Origin: a virus
Lineage: Duplodnaviria > Caudoviricetes
Reading direction: 5' to 3' (one strand)
Length of the DNA stretch: 64,000 nt
IMG/VR virus record: IMGVR_UViG_3300025066_000007
The translations under genes were made by a program, and so were the position numbers. Every line of letters begins with the position of its first letter. Position 1 is the stretch's first letter. Shown in pieces: positions 20,901-31,600 of this stretch. The notes below the pieces were generated by a model, which saw only the letters and a program-made list of their open reading frames with translations, did no database searches and was not told where the DNA came from.

Positions 20901-23900
20901 TTAAGGAGGATATTTCTTTTAGCAAAGCTTCGAAAACCTTTTCTGTAACCGTTCTTAGAAAATCTTGATCCAAAAAGAATAAAAATCTTTTTTCAGACTC
21001 AAAGCTCTCAAGGAAGCTTGAGAAGTCATATTTGTCAAAAACTGCCCTCCCTGATACTCTGCCTAATAGAGGCTCTAGATATTGATGAGTTGAGCTTATT
21101 TCTTCAAATAAATGATTTCTAGAAAAGTCAATCAGCTGAATGATGGCCTTTTCGAACTCACTCTTATTACCTTTGTATGAGTCTGAAAACGAAACGAGCT
21201 TATCTCCAAGCAATGGCGCTCGAATAACAGAGGATGAAGAAAGCCTTAAAAAATTAGAGCATGAACTAAGCATTTCTGACATAACGCGTGCAATAAATTT
21301 ATTCATTAGATCAAAAATTTGCTCGGAGGCTATACTTTTGGAATCAAGAACTGAGCCATCATCAGCTGAAGCTCTAAAATCAATTCCACCTGTGTCTGCA
21401 TACTTCTTGGCTCTATCAGATGCCTCAAAGCGTATGCCTTTTCCAGTACCTATTCCCATATCTTCAGAGGCTTCGTAGTATTCTTCAAGAATATGTCTTT
21501 TTAAAACTGTTCCGTGGGTCATAGTAACAGTTCCTGCCTCTGAGCTATTCGGGGCACCCCAAGCAAGCTTTACATCTCGCGCTCCCTTCCGAGGAAAGCT
21601 GTACTCTTCTCCGTTATATTCAAACTTTACGTCCTTAGGTCTAAGCCCACGCTTAGACCGTACTTCCGCATATGAGCGACGGGCATCTCTTCTGGTCGTT
21701 TCAGGGACGCCCTTAACAAGGAGGCCTTGATCAACTGCTGCTTTCACAGAAGCCTCGCCAGAGGCTTGGAGAAGCTTGTATAGAGAGTTCTTTGCTAAGA
21801 TGTCTTCTGTAGATGTGCTTCCAGTGCTAGTCCTATGATAGAGTTTGGTTATATCATGTAGGTAATGCTTCGCTCCAAAATGCACAGAGTTGTTTATAGT
21901 AAATTTGTGTCCATGCCTGCACCTCAATACTACCCCGCCGATAATACTTAGATCTTCTGCAGAAAACTTTACGGAAGTAACTCTTTTTGCCGCTCCAGTA
22001 AGACCAAATCTTTTACTGCTTGCTGCCATACGAAGAATAGATGCAAGCTTTTCTGTTCGCTCTGCAGCTTCGACGGATTCTAGGCTGCCGCCTCCGCCTT
22101 CTTCTCCAAGCAAATCTATAAAGAATGCCATATCTGACACATCTACTCCAAGCTTTAGCATGAAATCAATAACGGCCATTCTTCCTTCTGCACTAAGATT
22201 TCCGATAAGAGCACTGAACCCAGCGGGATCGATTGAAGACGCGCTAACCCCCGCCCCGCATACGGGGAATACGGACGTCCCTTCTGGAAGGTTCTTAAAC
22301 CCACCCATACCATCAGACGGAGGAGGGATAATGCCGCTTTCAAAGTCAAATTCATCTATCGCTAATGGGGCCTCGCTAATTGGGCCGGCCAGCGGAGTTA
22401 CCAGATAGAGACCCTCTGCGGCCATTCTATACTTTCTTATAAGAGATTCAAATTCTTCTTTATTTGAAAAAGAAAGATGGGTTGGACATCTAAAATAATT
22501 TTTGGAAAACTTCCATCCGCCACTGCTTTTCGACTTATAGTATCTCCTTATCTTTTCTGCAGTAGCCTCATCTACCTTCTCTTCCTTTACGGCCCGCTCC
22601 AATGCACCATCTAAGCTTGCCTTGCTCCGGTAGACGTTCTTGTCGGAAAAGGAGCTGGCAGCTAGTATTGGGAGGGAGGTCTTATCGGAAGGTGCCGAAC
22701 CATCTATAACTCCGGAGAGATCTACAGAAAATCCACATTGACCAAAGGATTCGCGAGATAGAGAGGAAGCCACCTCTTCATAAGGAAAGGCGCTATTTCT
22801 TCCATCACCTTCTGGGTAAGGGCAGAAGAAGCGTTGGCCCTTTATCGAAATACCTCTTGTAGTCAAAGGTATGCACCCAAGAAATCTCATAGCTTCTGCT
22901 CGCCTCAAAAGCCCCTCTGCCGATTTCTCAAACCTATCCGAAGAAATTAGGTCTTCGATTTCATCCCAAGTCATGCTTTCGTTTGACCTCTTATATATGG
23001 AGCTCCAGGCCTCTTTGATTCTCTTTCCGCCTACTACGGAAATGTAGCTTTTGGGAGGCGCAAATCTAGCCCCTGACGCTCTAATCTTCTCGATAGGGAG
23101 AGGTTCAACTTTTCCAACAACAAGCCTGCCGTCCTTATCCTTTTTAGTCTCCTTCTTAAAGAGAGAGTAAGTTTGCACCTGAATGTCAATCTTGCTCATC
23201 TTGGCTTCAATCGTTTTTCTTTTTCTCTGTTCTTCAGTGCCAGGCTGTTTCTCGAACCCATTGACAATAGTCTTTCCACATACAGTACAGCTTATAAGCT
23301 CAGCCTTAATCTGAGGGACAGACTCCTTTTTTATTGTATAATAAATTCTCTCTTTTCCAATATTAGAGGTTATAAAGCCGCACATTCCTCTTGAGCTAGA
23401 AAAAGATTCTCCTGCCAAATACTCTTTGGCCTTACTCTCTATACTCTTGCGAAAAGCATTATAGATTTTATCGTGAAAAGTTGATGAGAAGCCATACTCA
23501 TACATTTTCTTAATACTCTCTGAGTATTTCTTGCTATACTTAAACTCATCAATTTTCTTCTGGAGAAAGGTGCCTAGGCTAAGATCTGGAAGCGCTATAT
23601 GATATAAAATTGAATATATTGAGGAGAGATAAGGATCCTCTATTAAATGATTCGTCAAGTAGATCTTATCGTCTAGTTTTTCTCCTTGATTTTTTACAAA
23701 AAGATCTCTCATTTTAATAGATGATACAAATCTATCAAAGTTATCTGCTAGATTCTGACGATGAGCCTCTACTCTTTCAACTGTATCACGATCCCCATGC
23801 TTCTCATTGTTACGAGTATAGTCCGACCATTCTTTCGCTTTTTCTTCGAAACTTTTTAACTCTACTTTTATGCCAGATAGCAACTCATTTGTATATTCAG

Positions 23901-24840
23901 TTGAATATACAAAAACTCCATCTGGACCAGTCTTTCCTCCTAAAGCCTTTTCGTTATACTTCTTGAAAAATGCAGAAAATGTAATCGGAGTAACTTCTGC
24001 ACCTTCCTGTATGGCCTTGTCAAACAAGGACTTATAGGAGTAGGGCGACGTATCTGAGATAAATGCCCGAGAAGATGTTACCAGTGATCGCTGCAATCTA
24101 CCATAGGTCTTTCTCTTAAATAGGGCAGGCTTACGAACAAGCTCTTTGTCGAAGACCGAAATCTCTACCATGCCTTTCGGAGGATGCTCTCTAGGCTCTA
24201 GCTCTTCTAGCAAGGCTGAGGGCAGATCTTTCTCACCTGATTCTTCTTCGAAAATATTAATCGCGTCAGGTATAGGCTCCTTTTCTGCTTCTTTTTTTTC
24301 GCTTAAGAAGTAAGACCTAACTTCTTCAAAGGGCGTCTCTATAAAGCCTCTTATTCCGGCTATCCGGAATAAGAGTAATACTGGGGCCTCAAGATGATCG
24401 GGAAGCGAATAGCCCTGAAACCGAATAACAAAATCGTCATAAGCTGCCGAAAGAGCCTCCGTAATACCGCTTGAGCCAGAAGAGAGAAACGCCTTTTCGG
24501 CAGCTTCTATAAGAATATCTTTTTGTTGCTCGTAATCATATTCTACCTCAGCCTCACTCAGACCCTCCTCGTAAGACCCTTCTTCATAAGACTCTTCTCC
24601 GTAAGACCCTTCTTCATAAGACTCTTCTCCGTAAAAGCCTATCTCCTCCTCGCCTCTTTCTTCATAAGAATCTTCCTCTTCAGACATCAGCATTGGAAGA
24701 ATATTAAATACTTGGTTTAAGTATTTATGGTATTCTTCGAGGGTGGAGAGAGAGTCGTCTAAGCGGGCCTCTTCAAAAGTTTCGGGAAAATGCTCTTTGC
24801 TCGCCTCTACTGCAGTCTCTAGTTTTGATTTACTGTTCAT
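17998..24840 (-). CDS. Very large hypothetical protein (2280 aa) with scattered Cys/His clusters
   Basis: Continuous ORF; no motif I can assign. Confidence 0.85.
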   Translation of the reverse strand: MNSKSKLETAVEASKEHFPETFEEARLDDSLSTLEEYHKYLNQVFNILPMLMSEEEDSYEERGEEEIGFYGEESYEEGSYGEESYEEGSYEEGLSEAEVEYDYEQQKDILIEAAEKAFLSSGSSGITEALSAAYDDFVIRFQGYSLPDHLEAPVLLLFRIAGIRGFIETPFEEVRSYFLSEKKEAEKEPIPDAINIFEEESGEKDLPSALLEELEPREHPPKGMVEISVFDKELVRKPALFKRKTYGRLQRSLVTSSRAFISDTSPYSYKSLFDKAIQEGAEVTPITFSAFFKKYNEKALGGKTGPDGVFVYSTEYTNELLSGIKVELKSFEEKAKEWSDYTRNNEKHGDRDTVERVEAHRQNLADNFDRFVSSIKMRDLFVKNQGEKLDDKIYLTNHLIEDPYLSSIYSILYHIALPDLSLGTFLQKKIDEFKYSKKYSESIKKMYEYGFSSTFHDKIYNAFRKSIESKAKEYLAGESFSSSRGMCGFITSNIGKERIYYTIKKESVPQIKAELISCTVCGKTIVNGFEKQPGTEEQRKRKTIEAKMSKIDIQVQTYSLFKKETKKDKDGRLVVGKVEPLPIEKIRASGARFAPPKSYISVVGGKRIKEAWSSIYKRSNESMTWDEIEDLISSDRFEKSAEGLLRRAEAMRFLGCIPLTTRGISIKGQRFFCPYPEGDGRNSAFPYEEVASSLSRESFGQCGFSVDLSGVIDGSAPSDKTSLPILAASSFSDKNVYRSKASLDGALERAVKEEKVDEATAEKIRRYYKSKSSGGWKFSKNYFRCPTHLSFSNKEEFESLIRKYRMAAEGLYLVTPLAGPISEAPLAIDEFDFESGIIPPPSDGMGGFKNLPEGTSVFPVCGAGVSASSIDPAGFSALIGNLSAEGRMAVIDFMLKLGVDVSDMAFFIDLLGEEGGGGSLESVEAAERTEKLASILRMAASSKRFGLTGAAKRVTSVKFSAEDLSIIGGVVLRCRHGHKFTINNSVHFGAKHYLHDITKLYHRTSTGSTSTEDILAKNSLYKLLQASGEASVKAAVDQGLLVKGVPETTRRDARRSYAEVRSKRGLRPKDVKFEYNGEEYSFPRKGARDVKLAWGAPNSSEAGTVTMTHGTVLKRHILEEYYEASEDMGIGTGKGIRFEASDRAKKYADTGGIDFRASADDGSVLDSKSIASEQIFDLMNKFIARVMSEMLSSCSNFLRLSSSSVIRAPLLGDKLVSFSDSYKGNKSEFEKAIIQLIDFSRNHLFEEISSTHQYLEPLLGRVSGRAVFDKYDFSSFLESFESEKRFLFFLDQDFLRTVTEKVFEALLKEISSLINNDKTLSKGEVARGIGAIGSYLISGRRKHGKFESSVFESPGAIALYKLIGPENKDLAHLTKGLISADTTLKLSKQYGREYYGRVAAAASAHYIAEKLSIIYNLYFRDISPRYVYYEFVGVEEDVFLTPESIIEYCSVSPIVEPVILEVPEDEDSLDDIFDTIMTNIGLLKIDIKQIPIGLNSASLNEYHQDLAIKYIRTQLSAELDTQRVSFPHGLENEGAGLNADSITGLLKDFGYSHTPPVRGKATPHLSKLAPELGSFWKGRDGSVYVVQPGDTETIYRITPRREGGPVVSLGVSAAGEDEDALIREFSLLPAKASLVLNKILSVRPVTKILMGKDSKYARKLSPSGFLSAEHESLRQEGVMAVPTWSAMHYEFKKNKFTHPVFRICDQKGKENPFGIIDPSFDGFLAAGFIIIMTATSQDELRSAIGEAPVLLEEGVYRKLLTDAGIGPEYSLYRVPSRTVGLKIASKSLLSLLDHPMTRVVSGSEGSAVINDKFGFNSSSGFAIGPQEVRHGEANLVPPTIGAPSFTGISIPIEVDPKNFKANDLSIITANIEVAISEGNVIEISDMLQRRPLQYANGLLMNIMRVYNDFQDRKDKLGVKSREKAEAYAKARTKSLFSEYRGLPFNVSMGSGLTSFQRKKKDIVETGPIGFGEKAGGYEVASGIYIPLNNYVLLNKMLTLECFSEEWAGQQILLGDDIYDSDVKTLVKDFLIKSHGLDHIANKIGVKNPEILLDPYGNRHEPDLKGKVEEGDYNSLGLRIKGKTSEVKNMRNKLRDTSGGNFYFVSGSNEDERSYMQIRNLLYDYKSTTHSTEDVLSEIQDKDSDRTLTMQEIYSLHSETLAGYGVYQEPIGPVYPTLPSAAKKGKKVMGVKNVEKALAKYYTDRIEDAYSEFTAYQKKRELEKNSSQNVENTLRKDAKISDQWPVGKKPEVLKASKYSEAIIVSEGLRRTWELIIGTEVQ
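24571..24630. repeat. Perfect 30-bp tandem duplication within a CDS
   Basis: GTAAGACCCTTCTTCATAAGACTCTTCTCC x2, encoding GEESYEEGSY. Confidence 0.9.
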
Positions 24841-26182
24841 ATTCTTTATTTTCCAAAAACTTTTGATATTTAGCCAATCTATTCTCTGAGGATTCTACGG
24901 CTTCCTTACGAAGAAAGCTTTCTTCGTAATCATCTTTTATTTCTTTTATTAGTAATTTAATCCACGAATAAGCTTGATTTATATGAGAATCTTCAGACCT
25001 TGTTGCGGCAACTAAGATTCTGCTTTCAACAGGATCTATTTCAATTTTCCCCTTAGAGCTTTTATTTGCAGCTATACAGAACTGATCGTCAGCAAAATCT
25101 ACCGTTCCAATAAGAGAGGCCTCCTCTAGTTCAAGAAGCCTCAAGATCTCTCTGTTCAGATATGGGCCAACCACTTTTTTGGGGAATTCCCAAACTGGAA
25201 TCGTAGATATTGCCTTGTAGTAATCTCCTCTAATTTTAATATTATAAAAGTCTTTTTCCATCAGCGGGGTTACGCACGTTCTCTGGGTGCTAAAAAGATC
25301 TAGATATAAGAGCTTCATCGTCTCATTTCCAACTCTAGCAATCGGAAGCTTTATTGAGAACCCTCTTTTTACAAACTTCTTATTTATAGGAGCTCCCGCT
25401 TTGGAGAAGAAGCCTCTTTCTAACGGTAAAGTTCTCTCTATGCAGATCGACCGCTCAAGAGAATCTGTAATGTCTGAAAGAGGATATATACAAGATATAT
25501 AATTATTGTGCCCCATAGTGCCGTTCGTCAGAAGTGGAGTCTCCATAATTCCTGCGTTGTAATATCTGAATATATTTATAACGCCAAAATCGAATAAACC
25601 ATCCAGTCTAGCCTCCAGTTCAATAGAGGCCTCTCCGTTCTCTTTCTCAAGAAGATCGAGCGTAGCTTCTATGTCTAAAGCCTCTCTTCTGATAATTCTA
25701 GCAAAAGAGTACAACAGAATTTGTATTCTGGCTCTTTTCTTTGCAGAAAGCGCTCCTTCGACAGCTCTCACAGAACTTGGCCTCTTTGGGCTTAACGCTC
25801 TCTTGCTAATCGAAGTTTTTCCCTCTAGTGGATCAATCTTTCTTATCTTATCTTCCAGAAGATACTTATATAAACTCTTAAAAAAAGCAATTCGCCTTCT
25901 CAAGGATGAGATATGCCTCGGAGAAGATGCGCGCTCTCTTAATAAGCCGCTGCTGTATTTGGAATCAAACAAGGCCCTGTCTGCTTTGAACGCTGATACA
26001 GCGGACCTAAGCTCGCTCAGGCTGTCTAGCCCAAGCGAGTCAAAGGGGAACTTCAAAAAGTCTCTTTCAATAGAAAGGAGTCGAGCCTTATAGGGCTTAG
26101 GCCTTCCTCTTTCTAAAGTTAGAATCTTATATTCTGATATAGACCTCTCCTCTCTTAGAAAGGCCAGCATTTCTTTTTTCAT
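24830..26182 (-). CDS. Hypothetical protein
   Basis: 450-aa ORF. Confidence 0.8.
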   Translation of the reverse strand: MKKEMLAFLREERSISEYKILTLERGRPKPYKARLLSIERDFLKFPFDSLGLDSLSELRSAVSAFKADRALFDSKYSSGLLRERASSPRHISSLRRRIAFFKSLYKYLLEDKIRKIDPLEGKTSISKRALSPKRPSSVRAVEGALSAKKRARIQILLYSFARIIRREALDIEATLDLLEKENGEASIELEARLDGLFDFGVINIFRYYNAGIMETPLLTNGTMGHNNYISCIYPLSDITDSLERSICIERTLPLERGFFSKAGAPINKKFVKRGFSIKLPIARVGNETMKLLYLDLFSTQRTCVTPLMEKDFYNIKIRGDYYKAISTIPVWEFPKKVVGPYLNREILRLLELEEASLIGTVDFADDQFCIAANKSSKGKIEIDPVESRILVAATRSEDSHINQAYSWIKLLIKEIKDDYEESFLRKEAVESSENRLAKYQKFLENKEYEQ

Positions 26183-26190
26183 TTTTAGTC

Positions 26191-27009
26191 TTAGACGAAG
26201 TCTTCCAGAAAATCTACTACAGCCTTATTGGTCTTAATTCTCTTTAACCGCATACTTGCTGCCCAGCCAGTTATCCCAACTTGTTTGGCAGCATCTTTTA
26301 TAGAGTGCCCCTCAAGGCAGACCATTTTTAAGATGGCCAGAGTTTTCTCATCAACTTGTCTTTCGAGTCGATCCATCATCATAGATAGGTCGACCTCTTC
26401 TTGAGCTGTTCTCTCTATGGAATAAATTCCATCAGATGATGATAGGCTGGATTCGAAATTATCATACTCCTCTCCGTTCATCGGATTTTTCTTGGGCATC
26501 GCACTAAAGATAAGCTCATCTCTTGAGACTCTATACGCAGAGCCATGCTCTGCGCCGCACTCCACACACACCTTAAGGCTTTTTTTCTTCTGAATGACAC
26601 CGCCACAAGAGCAAAGGCTTGCCTCCTTTTGATGAAGATACCCGTAGGCATCATTTGACAATTTATTTGCGCTCTTTAGTTTTGAAATTATTTTATTTTT
26701 CAAGTGGTTGTGGAGGAACGTACTTAGCTTAACTTTCTTTTCAGGGTTAAATGCGTTAATTCCCTCAATTATCATCACCGAGAACTCTTGCCTCAAGTCT
26801 TCGGTGTGATATCCGGAAATATATATTTTAGACGCCCATTTGCATACCAAGGGGTATATCTTTTTGAGAACCCTATCATATCCTTCCTTAGTTTTTGTAT
26901 TAATAAGAAACTCTTCTTCGTACATCCTAACAAGGTGTTCGTGCTCGCTCTTCATATATCTTCCTATTCCGCCCAAGCATCTTGGCATATTGGCATATAG
27001 TCGCACCAC
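26191..27009 (-). CDS. RNA polymerase sigma factor (sigma-70 family, regions 2 and 4) with Cys4 insert; true start probably MKSEHEH
   Basis: Region 2: EDLRQEFSVMIIEGINAFNPEKKVKLSTFLHNHLKNKI; region 4: LEGHSIKDAAKQVGITGWAASMRLKR; insert CSCG..CVECG. Confidence 0.8.
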   Translation of the reverse strand: MVRLYANMPRCLGGIGRYMKSEHEHLVRMYEEEFLINTKTKEGYDRVLKKIYPLVCKWASKIYISGYHTEDLRQEFSVMIIEGINAFNPEKKVKLSTFLHNHLKNKIISKLKSANKLSNDAYGYLHQKEASLCSCGGVIQKKKSLKVCVECGAEHGSAYRVSRDELIFSAMPKKNPMNGEEYDNFESSLSSSDGIYSIERTAQEEVDLSMMMDRLERQVDEKTLAILKMVCLEGHSIKDAAKQVGITGWAASMRLKRIKTNKAVVDFLEDFV

Positions 27010-27728
27010 CTACACAACATAGACGGCTTCTTGACCCAATTCTTGTCACTTTCAATTGCTGAAGCTCGTTTTGTTACGGTGTCTACACATCTGCTTAAAT
27101 CACTGCGATTAAAACGATACTCTTTGGTAGAGCTCTTGTGCTTTAACATAAGATAAGACCCATGTACCTCCTTGACATCTTTAAATTTCCGATTTAAAGC
27201 CTCAGCGTATACTAGAAGCTGAAATTCATTTAAGTATTTCGGATTTTTACTTGTCTTGTAATCTAGAACTCCATACACGCCTGGACTTATTCTGTCGACT
27301 CTATCTATAAAGCCTCGCACTATTGTCGTTGGGTTTATATTAAACTCATACTTCATTTCTGTGGCAATTACATCAGGGGTTCCTTCTGCTCTGATCTTAT
27401 TGAGATAATCTTGCATCATTATCCTGAGAGCAAGCATTCCAGACATATCTCCGTCTGGCATCCAAGTAGATTCCTGCAGCAAGTTTATGTTAAACTCTTT
27501 TACTCCGGCTACAAAGCACTGCTTCATTAAAATCGAGTAATCTTTCGAGGGAATGCTTTCCGCTATAATTCTTTCATGAAAGATTTCCAAAATTCTGTGA
27601 GCACAAGAGCCTAGCTCTGTGAAGTTCCATTCTTGCTTTGGAATGTCTGGCTTTTCAATATACCTATAATGATATTTTTTGGGACACTTTTTGTGAGTGT
27701 CCATAGACGAAACAGATAACTTTAACAA
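26964..27728 (-). CDS. PD-(D/E)XK nuclease (RecB/AddB-like) with 4-Cys motif
   Basis: CPKKY...GFIDRVD..LDYKTS..QLLVY...CRWCDYMPIC. Confidence 0.85.
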   Translation of the reverse strand: MLKLSVSSMDTHKKCPKKYHYRYIEKPDIPKQEWNFTELGSCAHRILEIFHERIIAESIPSKDYSILMKQCFVAGVKEFNINLLQESTWMPDGDMSGMLALRIMMQDYLNKIRAEGTPDVIATEMKYEFNINPTTIVRGFIDRVDRISPGVYGVLDYKTSKNPKYLNEFQLLVYAEALNRKFKDVKEVHGSYLMLKHKSSTKEYRFNRSDLSRCVDTVTKRASAIESDKNWVKKPSMLCRWCDYMPICQDAWAE

Positions 27729-27743
27729 ATTAAACTCCTAATT

Positions 27744-28619
27744 TTAAAACGCTCGACTAACAGACCTATCCTGTATCCAGCGATATACAAAACGATTTTT
27801 GCTACCAACCCCGTTTTTTGAGGTCTTTCTCTCGACTCTCTGAACAGACTTTATCCATCTAGATTCTAGACTCTCCCAATAGTAAGATATATAGAGCTGT
27901 TTCTCTGCGTCATAAAAGCTTCTAACATAATTTCCAGTAACTATAGGCTCGGGCTCCCCTAATCTTTCCTCATAGAATTTGGCAGTTGGACCGAAAGTAC
28001 TATAAGTGCGATTAATAATCTTAACGACTTGGTTGTCCATCATTTCTTGGGTTGATCCGTCTATAGTTATGTACTTTGCCTTTGGATCAAATTCTGAATT
28101 ATTATTTACAGAAGAAATAGAAAAACGATCATCTGCAGAGTTGATTTCAGGAAAGTTTATAAATGAAACAGAAGTCTTGTTTCCTGAAAGCTTTACTCCG
28201 CTTGAGTTAACCAGGGACGCCTTTATATCTAAGTCCTCAAACGCTATCGAAGTCTCTTGAGCTGGCTCTCCAACGGAGTTTACGGATAAATTATCTAGCA
28301 CAACCGCCGAAGAAGATAGAATCGAAATTCCCTCCTCACCGATTCTCCTTGGGCCATTTAGATCTGTAGAGCTTGTAGCGTAAGACTCAGTCAGAACAGC
28401 AGAGCTATCTGTAGGTGAGATTGCTATTGCCTTCAAAGTAACTGCCCCAGGGGACGTTGGTAGGTGGACATTTCCAACTGCAATTAAATCTGCTGAAGTT
28501 GGGGTTTCTCCGTCAAGAGTATAATACACTGTCGCAGGAACGTCCGTAGAAAAAGTTACGAAAGATGGAATTTCCGAAATAAACTCTATTTCACTTTCGA
28601 CTAATGTTAGCGTTATCAT
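27744..28619 (-). CDS. Protein with N-terminal FN3-associated/chitobiase C-terminal-like Ig domain
   Basis: VTFSTDVPATVYYTLDGETPT..VTLKAIAI. Confidence 0.6.
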   Translation of the reverse strand: MITLTLVESEIEFISEIPSFVTFSTDVPATVYYTLDGETPTSADLIAVGNVHLPTSPGAVTLKAIAISPTDSSAVLTESYATSSTDLNGPRRIGEEGISILSSSAVVLDNLSVNSVGEPAQETSIAFEDLDIKASLVNSSGVKLSGNKTSVSFINFPEINSADDRFSISSVNNNSEFDPKAKYITIDGSTQEMMDNQVVKIINRTYSTFGPTAKFYEERLGEPEPIVTGNYVRSFYDAEKQLYISYYWESLESRWIKSVQRVERKTSKNGVGSKNRFVYRWIQDRSVSRAF

Positions 28620-28654
28620 ATTTTCCTCGCAATATGCTCAATATAATTAGCATG

Positions 28655-31600
28655 TCACCTAGTCGTAAATTTTATAGAACTTTCTCCATTGACTTTCGTT
28701 ATATCAATTATGTTATCAAACTTCTCTTTCAAAGATTCGTCATGGGTTATTACCAGTATCTTGTACTTATCTTCTAGAGCCTTAATTACGTTAACAAAAA
28801 GAGTCTCAACTCCATAACGATCAAGAGGAGAATTAACCTCATCAAGGAGCAAGAACTCAAGCGAAGAGCCTCCGTATCTAGAGGACATATCACTTAAGCC
28901 TATTCTGAGCGCAAGTGATATCCGGAACTTCTCCCCTCCGCTTAGAGACTTAAAGCTTTGTAGGTGTCCATCCTTCTGTACCTTTAAGTCCAAGGTTTCT
29001 ATGGTAGAAACTCCGTCTGAACCGACCCGCTGTGTCTCTAAGACTATAGATGCTGGCTCGTTGCAAATTGAGGACAAAATTACGTTTGAAGTCTTCTCTA
29101 AATCTTCAATAATTGTATCTAAAAGAACTGCTTGTATCCCATTTTTTCCAAACATCTTGGCAAGCTTATCAAAGGTTGATACTGCGGCCATCTTCTTAGC
29201 TATGCTCTTTTTGTCCTCTGACATCTTCTTAAGCTTAGCAGACAGAGTGCTTTCTCTTTCGAGTAATCGTCCAATACTCACATTCTCTTTGGAAATATTC
29301 TCTAGCAACACAGACAACTCTGCTCTAAAGATTTTTAGGTTTTTTCTGATAGCCTGAAAGTCTTCATTCTTGATTGATTCTAGTTGAGATTTATTTCTTT
29401 TTAGACGATCAGCCGCCTCCACTGCGGCAATCTCCGCAGCGCTCAACTCTTGTTTGTACTGCGCTATATTCTTTTTCAAAATTGACAGCTTATGGTTTTC
29501 TATCTCTAATTTTTCTCTCGCCTTTAGGATCTTGACATTTTCAGCCTTTGTTTTGAGCAAAGCATTTAGGGCATCTTCTGTGTTTCGCAATTCTCTTATA
29601 GCCACACTATTTCTCTCGGAGTACGTCCCTCTCTTGCAGAGGATATCTTTCTTTAGAGAATCATACAGCTCTTGGTCAATATCTTGACTGCAAACATAGC
29701 AACGATCTTGAGCTATCTCTATATCGTCTAAGCTTCTAATCAGCTCCTGTGAAGAGGCTTTCTCAACTTTATAAAAGGATAGTTCGCTAGTTAGATCCTC
29801 TACTTTTAGCTCGTCAACTTCCTCAAGGACCTTTTCCTTGAGGTATAGCTCCAGCTTTCCGGCTAAGACCAGAATTGGAGCTTCTTCTGTCTCTAGATCA
29901 AAAATTCTCTTCTTACAATCTGTCACCTGTCCTAGCAGCCTTCCTCTCTTTTCATTGAGGATTAAAATTTCCTCAGTTGCCTTATCATAGGCGTCCGTAT
30001 CAAGGCTGCTCTTTAGTTTTGAGTACTTGACCTCCAATGAAGAGATATCTTTGGAGTAGGCGCTCCTCTTAGACTGAAGCTCTCCTACCCTTTCCTTTGA
30101 CTGGCTGACATTAAGGCGTACGTCTTCCAGCTCTTCGAATGTTACATCATAATCTTCTACGGATTTCTTTAGAATCTTGCATTCCATAGAAAGCTCTTTG
30201 GCCTTCTTCTTGGCCTCCTTTTCGTAAGAGTCCCATCTTGATACATCAACTATTGATTTTAAAATCTCTTTTTTCCTAGAGGCCTCTACTTCTGCAAACT
30301 CAGAGATATCATTCTGCCGAAAGTAAATAGAGTTCACAAAGGTCTTGTGATCAAGCCTAATAGTCTCTTCTATTTTCTTGTTGGTACTGCCAGATGTTGA
30401 GCCAGACTTATCGATCCAATCGCCAGCCTTATCTAGGCAATGTAGCTCAACTTCTGACGTTGAGTTTACTCTATTTCTAGTTCTCTTTACCCTGTAAACT
30501 TTGTCTTCATGCTTGAATTCCATAGCAACAGAACAGATCGACTCTCCCCATCGAATAATGTCATCCATCATAGCTGATCTGGACTTATTAAATAGGCACC
30601 ACAGTATACCCTCAAAGATAACCGAGTTATGGGTTATGAATCCATTTAACGCATACAGTTTTGTATGATTGTCTATCTGTATATCATATGTTTGCTCATC
30701 AGGAATCTCTTTTATTGCCTTGACCTTGTCCCAATATATATCGGCATTTGATAGGGCAGTTAGTCTATCGCTCTTCATGAAGGCGGCATATTTGCCAAGC
30801 TTGCTTCTTGACATGTTTTTGTTACGAATTTGACTTCTCGACAAATTAAACCTATCCCTATTCCCATAAAAAGCACCAGACTTAATGCTCTCCTGTATTT
30901 CATCCCGGAATAAGCTCGAAGGGACTACGTCCTTATTCGGATTTCCACGAATAGATTGAATTTTCTTTCTCATAGCCAATAGCCTAGCCTTCTTTGGACC
31001 GTAAACGTGTCCCTCTACTAAGTCGAAAAACCTATCGAAGTTGCCGGCCTCGGTGTGCAAAGACAGGGTCCAAGAATTATGTTTTTTAGCAATTAGCTTG
31101 CGCCTAACCGTACCTGTCACCCCAAATCTCAGCAACAGACTCTGTATATCATATGCTAGTTGCCGAGATTCAAGTCTAAAAGATACCTCTCGACTCTTTT
31201 CGGTGTTCGCAATGTATCCATCGCCAGAAAAAAACATTCCCAAAAAAGCGCCAACATTTTCTTTGCTTTCAGAAAAGAATATTGTGGGTAAAGTTTTGTC
31301 AATCGCCTTCTTCCCCATAAGATTATATTTTTTGAAGAAATCTCTAGAGGCCCTAGCTGAAGACAAAGACTTTGCGGCTCTCGTTATAATGGGATCATTA
31401 AACGATAGCAGCTTATCATAATTTAGCGCATGTTGAAGCGCCTTTATTCTACTCCAGTTATTTGGAGACATTTCTTCTAAAGAGATTCCGAGCTCTTGCA
31501 TTCTCTTCAAAATAGCCGCCCCATTTCCCCTTCTGTCATTGGCTGATGTTATCGTATACGTTAGCTCCTGCTTGCTAAGCGCTCCTCCAAAGATGTCCTT

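Noticed and set aside
24571-24630. 30-bp repeat as CRISPR or DGR-related
   Set aside because: It is two directly adjacent in-frame copies with no spacer and no reverse transcriptase nearby, so it is a simple coding duplication.
17998-24840. Giant ORF as a phage RNA polymerase subunit
   Set aside because: I found no DxDGD catalytic motif or other recognisable polymerase block.
26964-27728. Cas4 / CRISPR system
   Set aside because: The 4-Cys PD-(D/E)XK pattern is shared with RecB/AddB-like phage nucleases. I saw no repeat-spacer array or other cas genes.
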